DNA of 64,000 nucleotides from Octopus vulgaris (Eukaryota). The notes under the pieces were generated by a model. It saw nothing but the letters and a program-made list of their open reading frames with translations, ran no database searches and was not told where the DNA came from. This document shows, piece after piece, positions 55,083 to 64,000 of the stretch. The DNA lies in NCBI GenBank assembly GCA_951406725.2, contig OX597816.1, forward strand, positions 141,856,001-141,920,000, written 5' to 3'. Within the stretch, counting starts at the first letter, position 1, and each line of letters opens with the position of its first letter. The position numbers were made by a program, and so were the translations under genes.

Positions 55083-55763
55083 CCTCCTTCTTTCCTTCTT
55101 TCCTGAGCGTCCAATAATACTATATTTGTTCCACATCCTCACGTTGTTGTTTTTTTGTGCTTTCTTGTTTGGATTAACTATATATATATATATATATATA
55201 CACACACATGCACACATACATATATATATATAATGTAACTACACGTGTGCTGTTGATGATTTCTTTTTCCTTCTTTGGATTTTTCCCTTTCTTTTTTCCA
55301 ATGAAGAGCTATGCTTGAAAATTCAAACTTCCTCCTTTCACCAAATGTCAAGCTAATATATTTCTTATGCATGTCTATATGTTGTCCGTTTTTATTCACT
55401 TCTGTGAACTATTTGTTTATTTGAATTGACTATATGTAAATATATGACTTTATGTATGGAACTTATTTTGATTTGAAAACCCCACTAGAATGGGAGAAAG
55501 CGCTAATGATCTAAGTGATATGATATATATGTAAAAAATGTAATATATAAATAAATATCTGTAAATATAAACCATCCGATCTTCTGATTACCTCATTTCT
55601 TCTAATATATAATACCTGTACGTCATCTCCAAACCTTGCAATATATATATATATATATATATGAATAAAAACGGACAGCATATAGACATGTGTGTGTGTA
55701 TACATGTGTATAAATACATACATATGTGTGTATGTTTGTATATATATATATATCTATGTATAT

Positions 55764-55799
<36 letters not shown>

Positions 55800-56174
55800 C
55801 ATACATACATACATACATACATACATACATACATACATACATACATACATAAATACATATATATATATATATATATATACATGGCTGTGTGGAGGCACAG
55901 GAGTGGCTGTGTGGAGGTGTAGGAGTGGCTGTGAGGTAAGAAGCTTGCTTCTCAACCATATGTTCTGGGTTCAGTCCCACTGTGTAGCACCTTGGGTAGG
56001 TGTCTTCTACTATAGCCTTGTACCAGCCAAAGCCTTGTGATTGGATTTGGTAGATGTAAACTGAAAGAACATGTCATATATGTGTGTATTTGTATGTGTG
56101 TGTGTATGTGTGTGTGTATGTGTATGTCTGCATGTATTTATGCATGTTTGTCTAGATCTATCTATCTATCTACC

Positions 56175-56214
<40 letters not shown>

Positions 56215-56284
56215 TATATATATGCATACATACATACAAATATATATATACATATATATATACATACATACATATATATATATA

Positions 56285-58670
56285 TCATCATCATCATCAT
56301 CATCATCATTAGCGTCCGTTCTCCATGCTAGCATGGGTTGGACGTTCAACTGGGGTCTGTGAAGCTGGAAGGCTTCATCAGGCCCAGTCAAATCTGGCAG
56401 TGTTTCTACGGCTGGATGCCCTTCCTAACGCCAACCACTCCGTGAGTGTAGTGGGTGCTTTTTACGTGCCACCTGCACAGGTGCCAGACAGAGCTGGCAA
56501 ACAGCCACGAACGGATGGTGCTTTTACGTGTCACCGGCACGGGGCCAGGCGAGGCTGGCAACGGACACGAACGGATGGTGCTTTTACGTGCCACCAACAC
56601 GGGGGCCAGACAGAGCTGGCAAACGGCCACGAAACGGATGGTGCTTTTACGTGTCACCGGCACGGGGGCTAGGCGAGGCTGGCAACGGGCACGAACGGAT
56701 GGTGCTTTTACATGTCACCGACATGGGGGCCAGACAGGGCTGGCAAACGGACACGAACGGATGGTGCTTTTACATGTCACCGACATGGGGGCCAGACAGG
56801 GCTGGCAAACGGCCACGAACGGATGGTGCTTTTACGTGTCACCGGCATGGGGGCCAGGCGAGGCTGGCAACGGCACAAACGGATGGTGCTTTTACGTGTC
56901 ACCGGCACGGGGGCCAGACAGAGCTGGCAAACAGCCACAAACGGATGGTGCTTTTACGTGTCACCGGCACGGGGGCCAGGCGAGGCTGGCAATGGACACG
57001 AACAGATGGTGCTTTTACATGTCACCGACATGGGGCCAGACAGGGCTGGCAAACGGACACGAACGGATGGTGCTTTTACATGTCACCGACATGGGGGCCA
57101 GACAGGGCTGGCAAACGGCCACGAACGGATGGTGCTTTTACGTGTCACCGGCACGGGGGCCAGACAGAGCTGGCAAACGGCCACAAACGGATGGTGCTTT
57201 TACGTGTCACCGGCACGGGGGCCAGGCCAGGCTGGCAACGAACACAAACGGATGGTGCTTTTACGTGCCACCGACACGGAGGCCAGACAGGGCTGGCAAA
57301 CGGCTACGAACGGATGGTACTTTTACGTGTCACCTGCACGGGGGCCCTGATGTTGATCGACCTCAATTTGGTTTGATCTTGATTTTGACTGTTCTCACTG
57401 GTCTTGCCGGGTTTTCTCACGCACAGCATACCTCCAAAGGTCTCGGTCACTGGTCATTTCCTTGGTGAGACCTAAAGTTCGAAGGTCGTGCTTCACCGCC
57501 TCGACCCAGGTTTTCCTGGGTCTACCTCTTCCACAGGTCCCCTCAACTGCCAGGGTGTGGCACTTTCGCACACAACCATCTTCAGCCATTCTCATCACGT
57601 GACCATACCAGCGCATACGTCTCTCTTGCACACAACAACTGATGCTTCTTAGGTTCAACTTTCTCTCAAGGTACTTACACTCTGTCGATTATGAACACTG
57701 ACATTACACATCCATCGGAGCATACTAGCTTCATTTCTTGCGAGCTTACGCAAATCCTCAGCAGTCACAGCCCAAGTTTCACTACCATGTAGCATGGCTG
57801 TACGTACACATGCATCATACAGTCTGCCTTTTACTTTGAGCGAGAGGCCTTTTGTCACCAGCAGGGGTAAGAGCTCTCTGAACTTTGCCCAGGTTATTCT
57901 TACTCTAACAGTTATACTTTCAGCGCACCCGCCCCCGCTACTGACTTGGTCACCTAGGTAACGGAAACTATCAACTACTTCTAGCTTTTCTCCCTGGAAA
58001 GTAACGGAAGTTGGTCTCAGAGCATTTTCAGTGTTAATTGTTCCTGAGCATCTGCCACATACAAAAACCATCTTCCTAGTTAGCCTTCCTTTGACATTGC
58101 TGCACCTCTTATGTGTCCATAGCTTACACTTGGTGCATCTTATAGAGTTTCTACCTACACCTTTTCTACAGATCGAGCAGGGCCATCTACCTGAAGGCGT
58201 TTGTGATTGGTCTACCTTCCTACTTATTAGGACTTTGGTTTTGGCTAGGTTGATTCTAAGGCCCTTCGATTCTAAACCTTGTTTCCATACCTGAAACTTC
58301 TCCTCTAGTTCTGATAGAGACTCAGCAATTAGAGCAAGGTCATCAGCATAGAGGAGCTCCCAGGGGCATCCTGTCTTGAATTCCTCCGTTATTGCCTGGA
58401 GGACTATGATAAATAGGAGGGGACTGAGGACTGAACCTTGGTGGACCCCAACCTCTACCCTGAATTCTTCACTGTACTCGGTGCCAACCCTCACCTTACT
58501 AGCAGCGTCTCTGTACATGGCTTGTACAGCTTTCACTAACCATTCATCTATCCCTAGTTTCCTCATTGACCACCAGATGAGGGATCGGGGGACCCTGTCG
58601 AAGGCTTTCTCCATATCAACAAAAGCCAGGTATAGGGGCTTGTCTTTGGCTAAGTAGCTTGTCTTTGGCT

Positions 58671-58672
<2 letters not shown>
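56285..58672 (-). mobile_element. Young 5'-truncated RTE LINE with a minisatellite-containing 3' UTR and (ATG)n tail
   Basis: DMEKAFDRVP, GVHQGSVLSPLLF, LLYADDL, FRYLG, HGSETW, RWYGHVMRM and GRPRKTW. Single frameshift near 57660. 15-bp duplication at the 5' junction (58638-58671). (TA)n on both sides. Confidence 0.95.
56455..57345. repeat. ~61-bp GC-rich minisatellite, ~14 units, in the RTE 3' UTR
   Basis: Recurring ACGGATGGTGCTTTTACGTGTCACCGGCACGGGG-GCCAG(n6)CTGGC-AA. Confidence 0.95.
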
Positions 58673-58722
<50 letters not shown>

Positions 58723-58864
58723 CTATTAAGATTCAAGTGAGTTCTGTTGAATTCACATGAATGCGGTACTTAACTTAGATGCACCAGAAATCTATATGGT
58801 GTTAACCATAAGATAATGCGGGGTGATTATAAATAAGAACAAAGCAACAAGAATGGATCAATAT

Positions 58865-58951
58865 TTCGGTACAATTGTTTCGTACGAAGACAGCTTTATT
58901 AAGGCTGCAAATATTGCAGTAAATATAAGTGACCCGTACTCATCAGCCGAA
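58865..58951 (-). ncRNA. Canonical type I hammerhead ribozyme with branched stem II
   Basis: Minus strand ttcgg-CTGATGA-gtacg..ctgcaa-tat-ttgcag..cgtac-GAAAC-aatt-GTA-ccgaa. All core nucleotides and stems are intact. An inverted partial copy lies at 58981-59086. Confidence 0.9.
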
Positions 58952-59566
58952 AAAACATCTGAGTTCTCCAAACATCTAAGGGGTCACTTATATTTACTGC
59001 AATATTTGCAGCCTTAATAAAGTTGTCTTCATATGAAACAATTGTACCGAAATATTGATCCATTCTTGTTGCTTTGTTCTTATTTATATATATATACACT
59101 TTTTTACTATTTTACTTGTTTCAGTCATTTGACTGCAGCCTTGCTAAAGCACCGCCTTTAGTTGGACAAATCAACCCCTGGACTTATTCTTTGTAAGTCT
59201 AGTACTTATTTAATTGGTCTGTTTTGCTGTACTGCTATGTCATGGGGATGTAAACACACCAACATTGGTTGTCAAGCTATGGCGTGGTGACAAACACAGA
59301 CACAGATATATACATATATGCATAAATGTGAAACAAAGTGGAAAAAAGAGTGCTCAAATACCAGAGGTAGAGTAATATGCAAAACAGACCAATAAAATAA
59401 GTACTAGGCTTACAAAGAATAAGTCCAGGGATTGATTTGTCCAACTAAAAGCGGTGCTCTAGCAAGGATGCAGTCAAATGACTGAAACAAGTAAAATAGT
59501 AAAAAAGTGTATATATATATATATATAAATATAAATAAGAACAAAGCAGCAGAAATATAACAAAAG

Positions 59567-59603
59567 CTGTTACTCAGAGTCTCATGTTCCCATCGTCGGA
59601 CAG
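59567..59603 (-). ncRNA. Decayed hammerhead motif, CCGACGA variant
   Basis: Minus strand ctgt-CCGACGA-tgggaacat-GAGA-ctc-t-gag-TA-acag. Confidence 0.55.
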
Positions 59604-59668
59604 TTTTGTTAAAATAGAACTGAAATAACAATTTGATCAAATAACGTACAGATATATATATATATATA

Positions 59669-59716
<48 letters not shown>

Positions 59717-60781
59717 TAAATATATGTATATATATGCATATAGGAGTACAGGACATCACCAACATTAAACAACATAAAGTACGACCCTCCATCAGTTGCC
59801 ACCTGTCTATCTACTCCTCATTTCAAGCTTTGAGCAACAATATGAGTCTTTGAAGACAGTTGCTTCCATAAGAACCAAAATAAAATTTGGGATTTATGGA
59901 AGGTCATATTTGGGAACAAAAACAGGACAGTGGAGACATACAAGGAAACCAAATGAAAACAAACATGGAGGGTCATTAGACCAGAAAGACGGTAAAATAG
60001 TAAATGCTGGAGAAATATTTTCTTTGATGAAAGAAAAAATAGAAGACAGAGACAGGATACATCCAGTCTTTAGGACAGCTCTGAAAGACAAGAAAGATGA
60101 TCACGTGAGGAAAAGAAAGATGGACAATGGTCATGTGTGAGCAAAAAGAGAGAGAAAATGAGAAAGAGGGGAGAGAGAGAGACAGACAGAGAACGGTGAA
60201 GAGGAGAAAAAAGGAATTAAAGAAAGGATGAGAGAGAAAATGAAAGGGGGAGAAAACACTATAAGGTAGAGTCACATCAAAAAGATAAACTTACTTGGAA
60301 ATGGATGCGTGGAAGTCAATCAAATAATATATATATATATATATATTCACAACAGGCTTCTTTCAGTTTCCATCCACCAAATCCACACACAAGGCTTTGG
60401 TTGGCTCGAGTCTATAGTGGAAGACACTTGTCCAAGGTGCCATGCAGTGGGACAAAACCTGGAACCATGTGGTTGGGAAGCAAGCTTCTTACCACACAGC
60501 CATACATACACACACACCACACCACACACCACACATACACACACACATATGTATATTTATCTATCTATCTACCTGTCTATATATATATCTGGCTTTGAAG
60601 ATGCTTTCTTGTTTTATTTATGAAGTGCCCTGTCCATTATGTTCCAGAGGTGTTCAATAGGGTTCATATCTGGTGACAGATAAGAAAGCTGGTGAAGATG
60701 TAACAGAAAAGGGACAGGTACCATACACCTAAGTTACCGGATATGTATAAATGTATACATATGTATAAATATATACATACA

Positions 60782-60853
<72 letters not shown>

Positions 60854-60884
60854 CATATGTATGTATGTATGAATGTATGTATGT

Positions 60885-61290
60885 GGCTGTCCCCTCGTGC
60901 ACAATCCTTCTCCACCTGCTACGATCAATAGCTATGCCTTCCCATGTGTCAGAAGAGATGCAAGCATCTCTTAAGGAAGCCTTCAACAAGTCCTTATACC
61001 TATTTTTTGGTTTATGTGGAGGTCGTTCTCCTTTAGCTAACTCTCCATAAAAGAGTTGTTTTGGCATCCTTGAATCCTTCATCCTGACCAGATGACCACT
61101 CCAGCTGAACCTTTGCTTTAACACAAGAGGTTCTATACTTTCATACCGAGAGCCTTCCAATATTTCAAGATCACTGATGCAGTCCTTCCACTTAATACCA
61201 TAGATCCGTCTGAGACACATCTGATGGAAACGTTCCAGTTGTTTAAGGTGGTATCAATACGTGACCCACGTCTCGCAGGCATAGCGAAGG
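60885..61290 (-). pseudogene. RTE (BovB-like) fragment, paralogue of 11067-11403
   Basis: CLRRIYGIKWKD..WSGHLVRMKDSRMPKQLFYGEL..RWRRIVHEGTAT. Confidence 0.88.
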
Positions 61291-61983
61291 GAGCACACAT
61301 GTCTTGTACACCTTTATCTTTGTCTTTCTGCATATGTCTCGCCGACTCCTCCTCTTTCCTCACTTTAGGTGTCTTGTCCTGCAAGTGACTGGGTGACTTT
61401 ATTGTTGCTAGTCCCGCATAAAAACATTACCCAGTACTCTGTGAAATGGTTGGTATTAGGAAGTCTATCCAGCTGTAGAAGCCATACTAAACAGACAGCA
61501 GACATACGTGCAGTTTTTTAACTTTCTAATTCCTGACAAACTGCCCTACTGATGTTAAATATTCTTTTCTACTCTAGGCACAAGGCCCGAAGTTTGGGTG
61601 GAAGGGGCAGTCGATATGATCGATCCCAGTATGCAACTAGTACTTAATTTATTGACCCTGCAAAGATGAAAGGCAATATCAACCTCAAAGACAGACGAAA
61701 TACCGCTAAGCATTTTGCCCGGCATGCTAGCGTCTGCCAGCTCACCACCTTACAGATGTTAAATATTGAAAGTGATGTTGTTGCATGTATTGAAAATTTC
61801 CTTCCAAAAGATCCATATCATTTTAGGAATTTTTTTTTGGAGTTAATTTTTATTTTAAGAACGTACTATATTGTGACTGCAGCAAGAAGTATGTTTTGTA
61901 CAAATTTTATGTATGTGTGTGGGTGTACACACACACACGCATACACATGCACACACACACACACACACATGCACACACACGTG

Positions 61984-63080
61984 CAAGGATCCTATTGGGC
62001 ATGTTAGTGATCAGATGATGAATATTCTCTTGCAGAATTTCTTGCCAAGTAGCAATCTCATAAGATCTGGCTTTGAAGATGCTTTCTTCTTCTATTTATG
62101 AAGTGTTCTGTCCATTATGCCTCAGAAGTGTTCTATAGGGCTCATATCTTGTGACTGGCTTGGCCATGGAAGCTTTTTAATGCCATTCCCATCCAACAAA
62201 TCTTGGATCATTTTAGCATTGTGACAAGGATCCCCATCTTTCATAAATAAAGAGTCTTCTTTAATCATTTCACCAGTGCAGGAGACTGGAAGGAGTCCTT
62301 TCTGCAATATGGACACATTTATACCTGAGTTTAAGTTTCCATTACACTCCATCAGGTCTGATCAACTATTGCTCCACATTGCTCCCAGACCATCACATAA
62401 TAGCTGCCATGTTGCATTGCTGGCTGCAATCTTTTTTCACATCAAATTCTTGATTACAGAGTCTCCAGACACGCACTCAACCACTGTCAGGAAATACAGC
62501 AAATCTGGACTCATCAGAGAATATGACAGTGTCCCAAAATGTTAGTGGCCTCTCCACTGTCTTACTGGCCCAATCGTTTCTCCACTTGATGTTGGCTAAT
62601 TGAAGGAGGGGCTTCCTTCTTGTTGCTCTGCCATAGTAATCAAGTTTGTGGAGATACCTGACAGCTGTTCCGGGACTGACATCAACTTGTTCTGTTATGT
62701 CAGAGGCCTTGCAACAAGGATTATCTTCCACATTTCTCTTAGCAAAGAGAAGGAACCTGTCAGAGGACCTTGGTTGATCTGGGCAAGATGATGTGACTCC
62801 CTCCCCTCTGGTGAATTGCACAATCACTCTATTAACTGTAGAAAGTGTGATCCCAAGGTTTTCTGCAATTTTATGCTGACTGTGTCCACCTTCAGAATGT
62901 CCCACAATATGGCTTCTTTGAAAGTCAGACAGTTCCAAGGCTTCTTTTGTACATGGCATAATTAAACAGTCACATATAGAACTTGAAGCATAAAAATGTC
63001 AATTAATAAAAAATATAAACCTTTACAAGCTAGAATAAACATAAAATGATGTTTTATGGGATGTCTGTTAACTTCTGTCA
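61984..63080 (-). mobile_element. Decayed Tc1-family transposon, inverted paralogue of 46086-47130 (an extra fragment lies at 60586-60665)
   Basis: ELSDFQRSHIVG, HTH, VIFSDESRF, FMKDGDPCH and WPSQSQDMSPIEHF. Confidence 0.9.
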
Positions 63081-63773
63081 TATGTGTGTGTGTATAGATA
63101 TATACATACATACACACATACATACATGCATACATACATACATACATACATACATACATACATACATACATACATACATACATACATACATACATACGTA
63201 CATAAGTATATATAAATATATATAAGCATGAATATGTATGTTTGTGTAACAATCATTATTGCCATTTAGCATCCATACTCCCATACTGGTATGGGTTAAT
63301 TGGGTTACCAGGAGACAAAGGACCCAATCATGATCTAGTGGCTGTTTTGGCAGGTTTCCTACAGCTATATGCAGTTTCTAATGCTAGCCACTTTACAGCA
63401 TGCACTCAGGCTTCTTTTTTGTGCCACCATCACTAGTGAGGTCACCATGCAGCTTGCATGACTACGAATGCTGAAGGAGAAGCTTTGCAGAAGGAGATGG
63501 TGTAGGGATATAAAGCATAAGAGAAGGGGTCACAACAGAGTAGGTTTCTTGCTGTGGAGGAGCAACACGACAACTTACATTTTAGAAGAGAGTTTGGGAG
63601 GAATTAGGCAGAAATGGAAAGTGATAATAAAACAGTGGTGATGAAGTTTCTGAGCAGACCTTAAGTAACAAGTTGTGTAGAAATAAATGGGACAGAGGAA
63701 CCAGAAATGTGGATGGGAACAGTTTGCTAGATAATATAGTGGAATGAGAGTAATGAAAGAAATTGTCCTGATA

Positions 63774-64000
63774 TCCATATCTATAAAACAGAGGTTGTCT
63801 GTGTGTGTGTCTGTCTGTCCGGGTTCTTCTTCGAAACTAGCCAACATTTTTTTTTGAAACTTTGCATATCGGTGCACTTTTGGACAAGATGGGTCATGAC
63901 GCTATTGATTTTTCATATTGATATCGGGTTGCTCCAAAAAATCGATAAATCAATATTGATCTTTTTCAAAAGTTGTCCGATTTTGATCAAAATCAAAATA
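63774..64000 (+). mobile_element. 5' end of a probable non-autonomous Helitron, running off the window
   Basis: A|TCCATATCTATAAAA start, a (TGTC)n tract and a GAAACTTTGCA core. The 3' end is not visible. Confidence 0.45.

Noticed and set aside
56455-57468. CRISPR array or repeat-protein ORFs in the 61-bp repeat
   Set aside because: The whole unit repeats with no unique spacers, there are no cas genes, the context is eukaryotic, and the array lies in a LINE 3' UTR.

Overview
Eukaryotic, AT-rich, repeat-saturated DNA. The repeat families and the (TA)n/(CA)n/(TATG)n/(CAT)n load suggest an octopus or other cephalopod genome; this is inference. No host protein-coding exon could be supported, and most long ORFs in the track are microsatellite read-throughs. 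The window is a mosaic of RTE, CR1-group and R4/Dong-type LINEs, a decayed Mag-like Gypsy LTR element, mariner and Tc1 transposons, non-autonomous Helitron/HINE elements, tRNA-derived SINEs and Penelope-like element (PLE) remnants. Three structures stand out. (1) A ~10.4 kb inverted repeat (29191-39594) is centred on a head-to-head pair of Neptune-type PLE GIY-YIG endonuclease fragments. Each arm carries kilobases of compound microsatellite and ends just beyond a type I hammerhead ribozyme (HHR) on the same strand as that arm's endonuclease. (2) At least a dozen intact or decayed type I HHR motifs from several distinct short-element families are present, mostly embedded in (TA)n and often associated with local fold-back duplications. 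Several have a long, branched stem II or a recurrent CCGANGA core variant. (3) A young RTE LINE has a PHD-like finger after the RT core and an expandable ~61-bp hairpin minisatellite in its 3' UTR. All structures were read by eye, and boundaries of decayed elements are approximate.
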